From Alphaproteobacteria bacterium (GTDB lineage: Bacteria > Pseudomonadota > Alphaproteobacteria > Bin95): 64,000 nucleotides of DNA. Below are positions 1 through 10,818 of this stretch, piece by piece. The translations under genes were made by a program, and so were the position numbers. The first letter of the stretch is position 1. The number at the start of each line of letters is the position of its first letter. The notes below the pieces were generated by a model that was given only the letters and a program-made list of their open reading frames with translations, did not search any database and had not been told where the DNA came from. The DNA is taken from NCBI GenBank assembly GCA_963665325.3, contig CAXXWS020000003.1, positions 896,001 through 960,000 of the forward strand, given 5' to 3'.

Positions 1-192
1 AGCACGCCCCGGTCCGCCCGGTGAGTCATTCGGCCTCAGCCGGGCGACGCGCCGACAGCGCCCGCACACGCCGCCAGTCCAGCCCGGCGAACAGCGCCTC
101 GAACTGCGCATGGCTCAGCGACATCACCCCGTCGCGGATCGCTGGCCACACAAAGCCCTGGTCTTCCAGGCGCTTGTAGACCATCACCAGCC

Positions 193-1714
193 CTTTCAAT
201 TACCCACATCTTGATGTTTACGCGGGAAGTTCTTGCGTCGAGGGAATCGGCCGTGATTCCTTGTCGTGCACCGAATCGGGAGCGAACAGGTGCGCAATCA
301 GGATGAGCGATGGTTTGAAGAAGAGCTTGCAGGCTGCCAGCTTGGTGACGGGCGACTGGACCGTCGGCTTCGCCAACTGGTTGAGCGGATGGAAGCCGGG
401 TTCGGAGAAAGCATCCCGCTTGCCTGCCAGGACTGGGCCGGGACAAAGGCGGCATATCGCTTCTTCTCCAACGAGCGGGTGAGCGAAGAGGAAATTCTTC
501 GAGGCCATTTCAACGCAACGCGGCGCCGATTTGGCGCCAGCTGCGGCCCAATCCTCGTTCTTCACGACACGACGGAGTTTTCCTGGAAGCGTAAGCGTCC
601 CGAAGCAGTGGGCTTCACCACGAAGGTGGGCGGCGGCAAAGACATGCTCGGTCGCGAGAGAATGCACACGCTCTGTGGGTTACTGATGCATTCGAGCTTG
701 GCGGTGTCGACGGACGGGCTGCCGCTGGGAATGGCTGCGGTCAAGTTCTGGACCAGGAAGAAGTTCAAGGATAAGGCAGCACTCAAGAGGAAGGTCAATT
801 CAACGCGCGTGCCGATCGAAGGCAAGGAGAGCATGCGTTGGCTGGAGACCCTGCGCCACTCCACTGAATTGTTGGACGACCCTGCGCGCTGTATTCACAT
901 TTGCGACCGCGAAGGCGATATCTGGGAGTTGTTCTGCCTCGCTCGGGAACTCGATACCCACTTTCTCATCAGGCGCTTTTCCGACAGATATGCCGAGGAC
1001 GGCTCCCGTACAGTGGCGTCGGTCATGGCGGAGGCGAAGGTTCGCGGGCTGCACCGGATCGCGGTTCGTGACGACAAGGGCAGGCTGGGCTCCACTCAGG
1101 TCGAACTTTACTACCAGCACATGACCATCCGGCCGCCGCTCGGCAAACGAAAGCGCTATCCGTCGCTCACGCTTACGGTGTTGCACGCCCGAGAGCCGGA
1201 AGAGCCGGTCGGACGACCCCGCATCGACTGGAAGCTGATCACCGACCTGCCGGTCGACAGCCACGACGACGCGGTGGAGAAGCTCCGCTGGTATGCCATG
1301 CGCTGGAAGATCGAGGTCTTCCACAAGATCCTGAAATCGGGCTGCCGCGCCGAACAGGCTCGCCTGCGGACCGCCGAGAGGCTCGTCAGGCTGATCGCGG
1401 TCTTCTGCATTTTGAGCTGGCGCGTCTTCTGGTTGACGATGCTCAACCGGACCGAACCGGACCTTGAACCGGGCCTCGTGCTCACCGAAATCGAAATCAA
1501 GCTGCTCGATCACCTGATCCCTGACCGGGGTCCCGGCCCATCGACGCCGAAAACCCTGTCCGACTACCTCACGAAGATCGCGCGGCTCGGCGGCTATCTC
1601 GCCCGAACCAAGGACCCGCCGCCTGGAAACATCGTCTTGTGGCGCGGCCTCGCCCGCCTCAATGACATTACCCTCGGCGCAACTGCGCAAATCGACGTTG
1701 TGGGTAATTGAAAG
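193..1714 (+). mobile_element. Complete IS4-family (IS50/Tn5-like) insertion sequence
   Basis: Perfect 16-bp TIR CTTTCAATTACCCACA / TGTGGGTAATTGAAAG; 9-bp target duplication TCACCAGCC at 184-192 and 1715-1723. Confidence 0.93.
266..1711 (+). CDS. IS4-family (Tn5-like) transposase
   Basis: 481 aa; LGDGRLDRR N-terminus, HDTTE, DREGD, YAMRWKIEVFHKILKSG (YREK motif), ARLGGYL..DPPPG dimerisation tail. Confidence 0.93.
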   Translation: MHRIGSEQVRNQDERWFEEELAGCQLGDGRLDRRLRQLVERMEAGFGESIPLACQDWAGTKAAYRFFSNERVSEEEILRGHFNATRRRFGASCGPILVLHDTTEFSWKRKRPEAVGFTTKVGGGKDMLGRERMHTLCGLLMHSSLAVSTDGLPLGMAAVKFWTRKKFKDKAALKRKVNSTRVPIEGKESMRWLETLRHSTELLDDPARCIHICDREGDIWELFCLARELDTHFLIRRFSDRYAEDGSRTVASVMAEAKVRGLHRIAVRDDKGRLGSTQVELYYQHMTIRPPLGKRKRYPSLTLTVLHAREPEEPVGRPRIDWKLITDLPVDSHDDAVEKLRWYAMRWKIEVFHKILKSGCRAEQARLRTAERLVRLIAVFCILSWRVFWLTMLNRTEPDLEPGLVLTEIEIKLLDHLIPDRGPGPSTPKTLSDYLTKIARLGGYLARTKDPPPGNIVLWRGLARLNDITLGATAQIDVVGN

Positions 1715-1906
1715 TCACCAGCCCGGTTCCGTCCCAGTAAACCAGCTTCAGCCTGTCAGCTCGTTTCGCACGGAACGCACAGACCGTTCCCGTGAACGGG
1801 TCCTTGCGCAATACGCTCTTCACATGCGCTACAAGGCCATCGTGTTGGCGGCGGAAGTCCACGGGCTTGGTCGCAACCATGATCCGAACCCGGTTCGACG
1901 GGAAGA

Positions 1907-2308
1907 TCATGCCGAGGCGTTCAACGCAGAGACGATCTCCGCGATCCGGCAAGCCGGCGTCGCCGCGTCCAGACGAAGCGTCACCCGGTCCTGGATCACT
2001 TCCAGGCGCTCGCCGCCCGACGCCGGAACCCGACCCTCGTCCTGACGCAAGACCACCGGAGCAAAGTCCATCTCGTCCCCGAGCGCCGGCAAGACCAGAA
2101 GGCCCTTCCGGGCCTGGCGGCGCCATTCCGACAGCTGGTTCGAGTTGAGCTCGTAACGACGTGCTACCCCTGCGACCGTCGCCCCTTCCTCCAAAGTCTC
2201 GGCAACAATCCGCGCTTTCACCGAAGCCGGCCAGCGACGGCGAAAGCCGCTACGTGCCGGCAACACTTCAACCTTAGCGTTGGTGAGAATCTCTGCTGAG
2301 GGCTCCAA
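1907..2308 (-). CDS. tnpA: IS66 TnpA HTH accessory protein
   Basis: RRRWPASVKARIVAETLEEGATVAGVARRY...WRRQAR; overlaps the tnpB start (ATGA). Confidence 0.88.
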   Translation of the reverse strand: MEPSAEILTNAKVEVLPARSGFRRRWPASVKARIVAETLEEGATVAGVARRYELNSNQLSEWRRQARKGLLVLPALGDEMDFAPVVLRQDEGRVPASGGERLEVIQDRVTLRLDAATPACRIAEIVSALNASA

Positions 2309-2391
2309 TGAGAAATTCCCTTCGTCTCATTCGAAACCCTAACTCCCACATCGCCAGACTCGCATGAAGGTGGGGCACTCGCACCGCATAC

Positions 2392-3141
2392 GACGGACTT
2401 CGAATGGCGTGTGATTGAGCCGCTGCTGCCGAACAAGCCCCGCGGCGTCCCTCGGGTGGACGATCGCCGAGTGTTGAACGGCATTCTGTGGGTGCTTCGC
2501 ACGGGGGCGCCGTGGCGTGACCTCCCGGAGCGCTACGGGCCTTATACGACCTGCTACAACCGGTTCAACCGCTGGCGCAAGAAGGGCGTCTGGGATCAGT
2601 TGATGGATGCGGTGGTGGAGGCTTACGACAGCAACGTGCAGATGATCGACAGTTCGAGCGTCCGGGTTCACCAGCACGCGGCGGGTGCAAAAAGGGGGGT
2701 CCGGATCGTTGCATGGGTCGTTCCCGTGGTGGACTGACCACGAAGATCCACGCCGTGGCGGACGTTACCGGTCTGCCGATCCGCTACGACCTCAGCCCCG
2801 GCCAGGCACACGACAGCACGACCGCCGGCGCCATGCTGGCGAACCTGCCGCCCGACAGTTTCCTGATCGCCGACAAGGCCTATGACGCCAAATGGATCCG
2901 TGAGCTGATCGAGCAACGCGATGCCGTCGCGATCATCCCCGACCGAGAAGGCGCGAAGACCAGGCACGCCTTCAGCAAACTGTTGTATCGATTGCGAAAT
3001 CGTATCGAACGCGCCTTCAACAAGCTCAAGCAGTTCCGACGCATCGCCACCCGCTACGAAAAGCTCGCGGCCAACTTCCTGGCCATGATCAAGATCGCAA
3101 CTATCAGGCTCTGGCTGCGCGCTTATGAGTCCACGACCTAG
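2392..3141 (+). mobile_element. IS5-family (IS427-group-like) element: orfA 5'-truncated by IS66 (to 2737), orfB 2713-3141, joined by a -1 frameshift
   Basis: (T)DFEWRVIEPLLP..RVDDRRVLNGILWVLRTGAPWRDLPERYG; GRSRGGLTTKIH, ADKAYD, RNRIERAFNKLKQFRRIATRYEK; A5G6 slippery run at 2689-2699; ends ..GAGTCCACGACC-TAG. Confidence 0.88.
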
Positions 3142-3540
3142 TGTCCGGTTGAGGCGGAGGAGTTTTGAGTAAAGGTGTTTGGTTTGAGGCTGTTATGGAT
3201 GATTTCGGGTGGTGTCGATTCTTGCCGGTCCGGCGGCTGCGTCCGGGGGCATTCGGACTGTGAGTTCCGGGACATGGTCCATGGTGGTCGTTTCCTGCGG
3301 ACGATGGATTTCCTGCCCTGGACCACATTCGAGCGGATTGTGGTCCGTTATCGGGGGAACCACCGTGTTCGAACCTTGCGGTGTGCGGAGCAGTATCGGC
3401 CATGGCGTTTGCACAACTGACCTGGCGGGAGAGCCTGCGCGACATCGAGACCTGTCTCGAGGCGCAAGCGGGCAAGCTCTACCACAGCGGGTCCCGAGGC
3501 CCGGTTCGGCGCTCGACCCTGGCGGACGCCAACGAACGCC
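3139..3540 (+). pseudogene. IS4-family (DUF4372-type N-terminus) transposase remnant, frameshifted and truncated
   Basis: MDFLPWTTFERIV.RYRGNHRVRTLRCAEQ then a frame change to AMAFAQLTWRESLRDIE..RRSTLADANERR. Confidence 0.8.
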
Positions 3541-3778
3541 GGCACAGCGCAGCAATGCTGTCCTCGCCACGCAGCCCTTCCAGCACGATACGGATCTTTT
3601 CCTCCGCCGAATACTGCTTGCGCGTCCGGCGGCGAATGTCACGGCCCGTCTTCTCGGCAGGCTCTTTGGGGCAAGTGGATTTCTGTCTCATCTTCGTTCC
3701 CTTCGGTCACTGCGATGAGCCGGAAATCCTCCCCTATAAAAGTGCCTCAGCCTGTCCCATAGGCGCTGACGTTAGACA
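3538..3778 (-). pseudogene. IS3-family left end and truncated orfA
   Basis: MRQKS..DIRRRTRKQYSAEEKIRIVLEGLRGEDSIAALCRR; TG-starting terminus near 3778. Confidence 0.78.
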
Positions 3779-3808
3779 CACGCCACAGGGGAATGGGCTC
3801 GATCACCG

Positions 3809-4825
3809 CTACTCGGCAGCCTTGAGGTAAATTCCCGAGCCCACGACGACCTTCTCTTCCGACTTGGGCGCATTGAAACTCACGGCATATCCGAACTTGG
3901 GGGAACCTGTGTCTTCGTCCCCCGAGATTTCCGGATCGTCGTAGTAGTAGCGAAGGAACTTCCGGCCCTCCCGCAGGGCGCCCCCTATAAGCAGCTTGGG
4001 AAAGGGAAGGCCATTCGAGTCGACCCGCTCCATATCCGTCGGCTTGCCTTCCCGGAACTGCTCGGTGGCGTGAAAGAGGGTGATGCCTTCGCTGCCCACA
4101 AGCCAGAGATAGATCGAGCCGGCCCTCCAGTGTCCGCCCTTCTCGCGGAAGGCGTTTCTGACGGCTATGATGTCCCCTTGGTTGTTGGATTCGTAGGCGC
4201 GCCTATACACGGCTGCCGCCGCCTCGACAAAGGCGACCAGCGTCTCCTTGTCCACCACCTCGCCGGCCGTGACGGCGGGCGTCGGAATGTCCATCGCCGC
4301 CAGCGGGGCGGAGGACAGATCCTCTGAATATCCGCCGATCAGATAGGCGGATATGTTGCCTGCCCCGGTCAGGATCTTCGTGGCATAGCTCGTCTTGAGC
4401 TTTCCGTCGACATAATCGACAAACCCGCCGTTATTGTCGGCGGCCTCCATCATTTTCCTAACAACTTCCTCGCCCCGATCGTCGCGCATGTCCAGGATGT
4501 TCCTGCCCTCGGCTGCCCGGTCCCCGGCATGGAGCCCGACGGATCCATCGGCCAGCACGAACATGAGGTAGATATCGCCGGCAACCCATGTCGGTCGCTC
4601 CCGAAGGGTTTCGCGAAGTGCGATCACATCGTTGTAGTCCGTGAGGCTTTCGATATGCCGCTTGGCGTCGACAACGAACGCCTTGAGGCTTTCCTTGTCG
4701 TTTACCTTGTCGGCGGTCACCTTCGCCGCTACCGCGGTAGGTGCAGCGGCAAGTAGAAGCGCCAGCAGAGCGGCAAACAGGCTTCGCCGTTCCTTGCGGG
4801 AGTTCTTTCGGATGTTGGCCGTCAT
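3809..4825 (-). CDS. Secreted protein with two tandem single-Cache-like domains
   Basis: RBS AGAAGGAGG, signal peptide (LAAAPTAVAA); two repeats of V.DKE.L.AFV..A...W..G.IYL...G....H....EG....D..D..G; no TM or output domain. Confidence 0.75.
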   Translation of the reverse strand: MTANIRKNSRKERRSLFAALLALLLAAAPTAVAAKVTADKVNDKESLKAFVVDAKRHIESLTDYNDVIALRETLRERPTWVAGDIYLMFVLADGSVGLHAGDRAAEGRNILDMRDDRGEEVVRKMMEAADNNGGFVDYVDGKLKTSYATKILTGAGNISAYLIGGYSEDLSSAPLAAMDIPTPAVTAGEVVDKETLVAFVEAAAAVYRRAYESNNQGDIIAVRNAFREKGGHWRAGSIYLWLVGSEGITLFHATEQFREGKPTDMERVDSNGLPFPKLLIGGALREGRKFLRYYYDDPEISGDEDTGSPKFGYAVSFNAPKSEEKVVVGSGIYLKAAE

Positions 4826-5019
4826 TGGGCCTCCTTCTGGATATCTGGGGTGATAGGCCCCCGCCCCCGCCTGGGTCCCGGTGGCCGGGTCTGTCTTTGC
4901 TCTCATCGGTCTTTACCGCTACTCCCGGCTCTGATTCTGGAGGGTGCCGGTGTCATGGGCGTCGGAGTCGGTCAGGCGCAGCCGGAAATCGCTGCCCTCA
5001 TCGCCCGTCCCTTCGACCA

Positions 5020-5250
5020 TCACCATGTAGTCCCGTCGAACGTCGCGCCTCCCGGCGCGGCGTCCACCGGGTTGTATGGCCCGGCGCGCGGTTCTTCTTC
5101 CGGCCTGGAATCGAACAAGACAAGATGTCCCGGATTCCTCATACGCCCTCCGTAACAGCGGATGCCGTTCACTCGACAGGGATGGAATCTATGCCGTTTC
5201 CGAATACCGGCGCGCCTCCCAGACGGGAGGGAAACGAGGATTAAATTTCA
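5020..5250 (-). promoter_or_regulatory. Conserved upstream cassette copy 1 (palindrome 5215-5230, TAGATT -10-like, 40-aa leader ORF 5142-5020)
   Basis: Reverse complement aligns with 6757-6890 and 13277-13410. Confidence 0.75.
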
Positions 5251-5378
5251 CTGTCATGGCCCCGGTTTCGGCATGAGCCGGCCGGTCATCGAGGAGAAGG
5301 CGGAGAGTTGACGGCGCATGTGGGGTCGTCTCCGGCCGGCACTCACCGCAGGCGCCGGGCGCGTGTCGAATGACGGCG

Positions 5379-6530
5379 TCAGCTTCGCTGCTCGGAGATG
5401 TCCGACAATGACAGCACGAGCCGCACCAGTTCCGTCTGTCCCGAGATGTGGCGCTTGCGGAAGATCTGCTTGGTGTGCCAGCGGATCGTGCCCTCGCCCC
5501 GTTCCGTCCTGGCGGCGATGTCGGCGATGCTGTAGCCCTGCGCCAGCAATACGGCGACACGGCTTTCCGCCGGCGTGAGGCCGAGCATGGCGCCGACCGT
5601 TCCCGGATCGATCCGTTCCCGGCTCGCCGGGTCGATCGCCAGCACGAGCGCGGCGGTCCGGCTGGTGCGCGCATCGACCCTTCCGCCGCTCACCGGGTGT
5701 ATGTGCAGCACGAGCCGGGGCGAGACGCGGGCGCGCTTCACCGTCATCGAGCCGCTCTCGCCCTGGCCCCCGAAGCGCGGCAGCGCACGGGCCAGCAACC
5801 TCTGGAGGGCGGTATCGTCCTCCTCTGAAGCAGCTTCCAGAAGACCGTCCCGGTCTGCCAGCGCGTCGCCCTTGCGCAGCAGATCGCGGGCCCGGTCGTT
5901 CGCCGCCACGATCCGTCCGCGCCGGTCCAGATGGATGACCCCGCAACGGGTGTTCTCGAGCAGCGCGGTCGCGGACGATCCCAGCGCCTGCGCATCGACC
6001 AGCGCCTGCCTGAGGCGCACGAACTGGCGCAGGTGGGGCAGGAAACGCCGGACCATCCGGACCCGGGCGCTCGACCAGCCGTCTCCGTCGACGGGGTCGG
6101 CGACGACCCACACGATGCGCGAGCCGCGCGGCCCGTCGAGCCGCACATTGAGGCTGTCCCGCGTGTGGGCGAGGGCCAATGCCTCATTGTAAACGGGCGA
6201 AGTCTTCCTCTCCTCGTCGCTAAAGAGGGAGCCAACATGCACCACTTGGCTGTCGGGCAGTTTCTGGATGCGCGGGAGACGTTCGTCGAGAGCGTGGTAG
6301 GTTCCGAAATACAGTTGCTCCAGATCCTCGCGGCGCTGCCCGCGAAAGCAGAACTGCGCGAAGAAGACTTCGATGTCGTCGCGGGAAACGCCGTCCCCGA
6401 ACACCAGGAAACTGCCCTTGGATGCGCAGGCTTCGTCGATCAGGCGCGATGTCTCCGGCCACAGCGTGTCGTCGAGCACGGCTTCGTGCAGCGCCCCCAG
6501 AATGCGTTCGAACAACTCCTGCCGGCTCAT
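5379..6530 (-). CDS. LuxR-family transcriptional regulator (N-terminal sensor/PAS-like, C-terminal HTH)
   Basis: Probable start MSRQELFERILGALHEA; GVIHLDRRGRIVAAN PAS-like segment; GLTPAESRVAVLLAQG.SIADIA...TIRWHTKQIFRK...QTELV. Confidence 0.88.
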   Translation of the reverse strand: MSRQELFERILGALHEAVLDDTLWPETSRLIDEACASKGSFLVFGDGVSRDDIEVFFAQFCFRGQRREDLEQLYFGTYHALDERLPRIQKLPDSQVVHVGSLFSDEERKTSPVYNEALALAHTRDSLNVRLDGPRGSRIVWVVADPVDGDGWSSARVRMVRRFLPHLRQFVRLRQALVDAQALGSSATALLENTRCGVIHLDRRGRIVAANDRARDLLRKGDALADRDGLLEAASEEDDTALQRLLARALPRFGGQGESGSMTVKRARVSPRLVLHIHPVSGGRVDARTSRTAALVLAIDPASRERIDPGTVGAMLGLTPAESRVAVLLAQGYSIADIAARTERGEGTIRWHTKQIFRKRHISGQTELVRLVLSLSDISEQRS

Positions 6531-6756
6531 CGAGGATTTGTCCCGGGCCGCAAGCCGCAGGACATGGCGCGTTCTTCGGATTGCTTCATGCGAACAATTA
6601 TAATTGTCTATGCACCGGGTTTCTGCCTCCCAATTGGGAGGGAAGTCCGTATTTTCTAGAGCGGGCGGGATTGCGTTTGCGATCCGGTCGGGGGCGGCGT
6701 CGGGCGAAGCCCGGCCGGCGCTCACAATTCCGGACAAGCCCGCTGCCCGCCCGGTT

Positions 6757-6871
6757 TTCGACAAATTAATTTTCGTTTCCCTCCCGTCTGGGAGGCGCGC
6801 AGACATTTAAAAACGGCATAGGTTCCGCCCCTGTCGAGTGAACGGTATTCGCCGGTACGGGGGGTCGTATG
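6757..6871 (+). promoter_or_regulatory. Conserved upstream cassette copy 2 (palindrome CCTCCC-GTCT-GGGAGG 6780-6795; TAGGTT 6819-6824)
   Basis: Near-identical to 13277-13390; divergent from the luxR-like gene; ends at ATG 6869. Confidence 0.8.
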
Positions 6872-8482
6872 AGGGGTCCGGGACGCTTTGTATTTTTCAA
6901 TTCCACGCCAGAACGGGAACCGGGAGCCGGGCGCTCCGTAACCCGGCGGTGGGTCCGGGCGTTTGCGGCCCCGGTCCTGGCGGCCGGGCTGTCGATGGCG
7001 TTGGCAGCGTTCTTCGCCACCGCTGCCCAAGCGCAGACGGTTGTAACGCTGGTCTCGAACACCGGCAAACAGAACCACGCGAACCACGGCCGGATGGAGC
7101 CGCTCGCGCAGCGTTTCGACACCGGGGCGGCACCCCTTGGGTACCTGCTCGAGTCGGTGGTGGCCCAGTACATAAACAGTGAGACCGGCAGCGTTTCGGC
7201 GAAGGTGTGTACGGTCACCGGCTCCGACCAGCCGACGTCCACATGCACGGACTTCACCGCGCCGTCGGCGCCTCAGGGCGGGAACAGAACCTTCACGGCC
7301 CCGGGGGACGGCATGGTTCTGGCGCCAAACACCAAATACACGGTGGTGCTGACGCCCGACGAGACCAACACGGACATCTATTACAGAGCGACCAAAGATA
7401 ATGGAGAGGATTTCGGAGGCCTTCCCGGTTGGAACATCGCGGGCGAATACCGTCTCTACAACGGGACCTCGTGGGTAAGTGACGACGATTCGCACGCACT
7501 CAAGATTCGTCTCAGGGGCAGCATTCGCATGATCAGCGTCGGCCCCAACGCCAACGCCACGGGGGCCCCGGCAATCACGGGCCCGGCGCAGGTGGGGCGC
7601 ACGCTGATGGCCGGCAAGGGCACGATCGACGACCCGGACGGGCTGACCGCGACCTTTCCGGGCGGCTACTTCTTCCAGTGGATCCGGGTGGACAGCTCGA
7701 ACAATGAGACGGACATCGCGGGGGCGACGTCGGACACCTACACGCCGGTCACGACCGACCTCAGCCACACGCTCAAGGTGAAGGTGCTCTTCTTCGATGA
7801 CGGCGACGAGGGGGAGGCGCGGACCAGCGCCGCGACCAATCCAGTGGTGCCGGACGCTGTGCCCTGCCCGGCGGTGTCGGTGTGGTGCACGGTGCTGACG
7901 TCGGGCACCCTTGCCGCGCTTGGCGGCGACCCCCCAACAGTCGGCTTCCGCGGAGGCGGCGCGTTCGGCGGTCTCGTCGACGACACCTTCACCTTCGGCG
8001 GGACGACCTACTCGGTCACCGAACTCACCAGTAACGGCGCTTCTGCCATCAATCTGAATACCGCCCCGCTCCTGCCCGCCGACGGCGGCGGGCTGACGCT
8101 GCACGTCCAGAAGTTCACGGGCACGCTCGATCTGGCGCTGGCCGATGCTTTCGGTTCGCCCCACACAGGAGCCAGTTGGAACTGGAACGGGGTGGTCGGC
8201 ACCGGCCCCGGCAACCCGGTGCTGCTGCGCATGTTCCGCCGGATCAACGAGCGCTACCAGGAGGGAACCGACCCCGGCACCCGCGTCACGGTGTGGCTGA
8301 GCGGGCAGCCGGGGGTGAGCTTCGAGGCGCCGGACTACTCGGCGTATGAGGCCGGCGAGGGAGCGGAGGTGACGGTGACGCTGACCCCCCCGCCGACCTC
8401 GCCGATGACGATCCGGATCACGGCGACCGGCCAGGACGGGGCGATGGCGGGGGACTGGACCATCAGCCAGTCGTGTTGTTAA
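6869..8482 (+). pseudogene. Secreted Ig-like/Calx-beta surface protein truncated by IS21 at 8474
   Basis: Signal peptide ending AAQAQ; ATGAPAITGPAQVG..FQWIRVD module shared with the giant protein; Calx-beta start VSFEAPDYSAYE; stop lies inside the IS end. Confidence 0.82.
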
Positions 8483-8588
8483 GCGTGGAAGATTGACCCC
8501 CTGTTGGGGGTTATCGGCGTCCAAAATTGACCCCCCATGGATTGTGTCCATGAACACGCCCTGTCGTTGGACGGACGGGGTGGGGGAG

Positions 8589-10103
8589 ATGCTGGTTGTG
8601 GAGACGATAGCGCGGATCCGTCGGGATCATCTGGTGAAGGGCGTTCCGATCAAGAAGCTGGCGCGGGATTTGAGGGTTTCGAAGAACACGATACGCAAGG
8701 TGGTTCGGGGCGATACGACCTCGCACAGCTATGAGCGCAAGATCCAGCCGATGCCGAAGCTTGGGCCTTGGGTGGCAGAGCTTGAGCGCCAGCTGGAGGC
8801 CAACGAGAAGAAGAAGCGCCGGGATCGCCTGTCCCTGCTGCAGATCCATGAGGACCTTGGCGAGCTGGGCTACAAGGGCGGCTATGACGCGGTCCGGCGC
8901 TACGCCAGGGCGTGGCGGCGCCGACGCCGTCTGTTATCGCCGTCGCAGGCCTATGTGCCGCTGATCTTCGATCCGGGCGAGGCCTACCAGTTCGACTGGA
9001 GCCACGAGTATGCGCGTCTGGCGGGAGCGACGACCAAGGTGAAGGCGGCGCACATGCGGCTGTGCCACAGCCGCATGTATCTGGTGCAGATCTTTCCCCG
9101 CGAGAGCCAGGAGATGGTCTTTGAGGCGCACGAGCGTGCCTTCCGCTTCTTCGGCGGGGTCTGCCGACGGGGCATCTACGACAACATGAAGACGGCGGTG
9201 AACACGATCTTCGTCGGCAAGGAGCGTGCCTACAACCGCCGCTTCCAGGAGATGTGCTCGCACCATCTGGTGGAGCCAGTGGCGTGCACGCCAGGGGCGG
9301 GCTGGGAGAAGGGGCAGGTTGAGAAGCAGGTGGGAGACCTTCGCGGGCGTCTGTTCGCGCGCAGCCCGCGGGGCCGCTCCTACACCGAGATCAACGAGTG
9401 GCTGATGGATCGGTGCATCGAGGAGGCCAGGAAGCAGCCGCATCCGACGATCGAGGGCAAGACGGTGTGGCAGGTATTCGAGGAGGAGCGGCCCTTCCTG
9501 ATGGCATACCGCGGTCCCTTCGACGGCTTCCATGCCAGCGAGGTGTCAGTCTCGAAGACCTGCCTGGTGCGCTTCGACAACAACCAGTACAGCGTCTCTG
9601 CCCGCGCGGTGGGACGGCCGGTGGACGTGCGGGCCTATGCCGAGCGGATCGTCATCCGCCAGGACGGCGAGATCGTCGCCGAGCATCCCCGGAGCTTCGG
9701 GCGCGGTCGGTTCGTCTACGATCCGTGGCATTACGTGCCGATCCTGACGAGGAAGCCCGGCGCACTGAGGAACGGCGCACCCTTCAAGGACTGGCAGTTG
9801 CCCAACGCGCTGGGCCGCCTGCGAACCCGGCTCGCCGGCCACGACGACGGCGACCGGCAGTTCGTCAAGATCCTCGCGGCGGTGCTGGAGGACGGGCTGG
9901 AGGCGGTCGAGGCGGCCTGCGCCGAGGCGCTCGCCTGCGGCGCCTGCAGCGCCGACGTCGTGCTCAACATCCTCGCCCGGCAGCGCCAGCCGGCACCGCC
10001 GGCAATCATCCCGACGCCCGAGGGCCTGAAGCTCCGCCACCAGCCGGTGGCCGACTGTCAGCGCTACGACAGCCTGAGGGAGGCCGGTCATGGAGCGTCA
10101 TGA
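8589..10103 (+). CDS. istA: IS21 transposase
   Basis: N-terminal [38 protein letters not shown]. Confidence 0.93.
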   Translation: MLVVETIARIRRDHLVKGVPIKKLARDLRVSKNTIRKVVRGDTTSHSYERKIQPMPKLGPWVAELERQLEANEKKKRRDRLSLLQIHEDLGELGYKGGYDAVRRYARAWRRRRRLLSPSQAYVPLIFDPGEAYQFDWSHEYARLAGATTKVKAAHMRLCHSRMYLVQIFPRESQEMVFEAHERAFRFFGGVCRRGIYDNMKTAVNTIFVGKERAYNRRFQEMCSHHLVEPVACTPGAGWEKGQVEKQVGDLRGRLFARSPRGRSYTEINEWLMDRCIEEARKQPHPTIEGKTVWQVFEEERPFLMAYRGPFDGFHASEVSVSKTCLVRFDNNQYSVSARAVGRPVDVRAYAERIVIRQDGEIVAEHPRSFGRGRFVYDPWHYVPILTRKPGALRNGAPFKDWQLPNALGRLRTRLAGHDDGDRQFVKILAAVLEDGLEAVEAACAEALACGACSADVVLNILARQRQPAPPAIIPTPEGLKLRHQPVADCQRYDSLREAGHGAS

Positions 10104-10818
10104 TGTGCTGGAGATGATGACCCAGCTGAAGCTCGCAGGCATGCGAGCCGCCTATGACGACATCCTCGCCGACGGGCTCAAGCGCCGTCATCCGGTGCAG
10201 CAGATCATCGGTACGCTGCTGCAGGTCGAGATCGCCGACAAGAGGGCACGCTCGATCAAGTACCAGATGGCGTCCGCCAAGCTGCCCACGGCCAAGGAAC
10301 TGGCCGACTTCGACTTCGCCGGCTCGCCGGTCAACGAGCCCCTGATCCAGGAGCTCGCCGGCGGCGGCTTCCTCGAGGGCCAGCGCAACATCGTCCTGGT
10401 CGGCGGCACCGGCACCGGCAAGACCCATCTCGCCGTCGCCGTCGCGCGCTCCTGCATCCGCAAGGGCGCCCGTGGCCGCTGCTACAACGTCGTCGACCTG
10501 GTGAACCACCTCGAGGCCGAACTCCGTGCCGGGCGCCAGGGCCGCACCGCAGACCAGCTCGTCCGACGCGACTTCGTCATCCTCGACGAACTCGGCTACC
10601 TGCCCTTCGCCCAAGCCGGCGGACAGCTCCTCTTCCACCTCATGAGCCGGCTCTACGAGCGAACCTCGATCGTCATCACCACCAACCTCGCCTTCGGCGA
10701 GTGGCCGTCCGTCTTCGGCGATCCCAAGATGACCACGGCGTTGCTCGATCGTCTCACCCACCATTGCGAGATCATCGAGACCGGCAACGAGAGCTGGCGC
10801 TTCAAGAACCGCTCCTGA
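10090..10818 (+). CDS. istB: IS21 helper ATPase
   Basis: [11 protein letters not shown] Walker [24 protein letters not shown]. Confidence 0.95.
   Translation: MERHDVLEMMTQLKLAGMRAAYDDILADGLKRRHPVQQIIGTLLQVEIADKRARSIKYQMASAKLPTAKELADFDFAGSPVNEPLIQELAGGGFLEGQRNIVLVGGTGTGKTHLAVAVARSCIRKGARGRCYNVVDLVNHLEAELRAGRQGRTADQLVRRDFVILDELGYLPFAQAGGQLLFHLMSRLYERTSIVITTNLAFGEWPSVFGDPKMTTALLDRLTHHCEIIETGNESWRFKNRS

Larger units (their letters stand above)
26..1910 (-). pseudogene. tnpB: IS66 TnpB accessory protein interrupted by an IS4 element (pieces 1910-1715 and 192-26)
   Basis: MIFPSNRVRIMVATKPVDFR...LKLVYWDGTGLV joins in frame to MVYKRLEDQGFVWPAIRDG...AE* once the IS4 and one copy of its 9-bp duplication are removed. 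Confidence 0.9.
1..2391 (-). mobile_element. IS66-family element (one end at ~2391, remainder off the left edge of the window)
   Basis: tnpA-tnpB order; terminus GTATGCGGTGCG.. on the minus strand abuts IS5 coding sequence. Confidence 0.75.
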
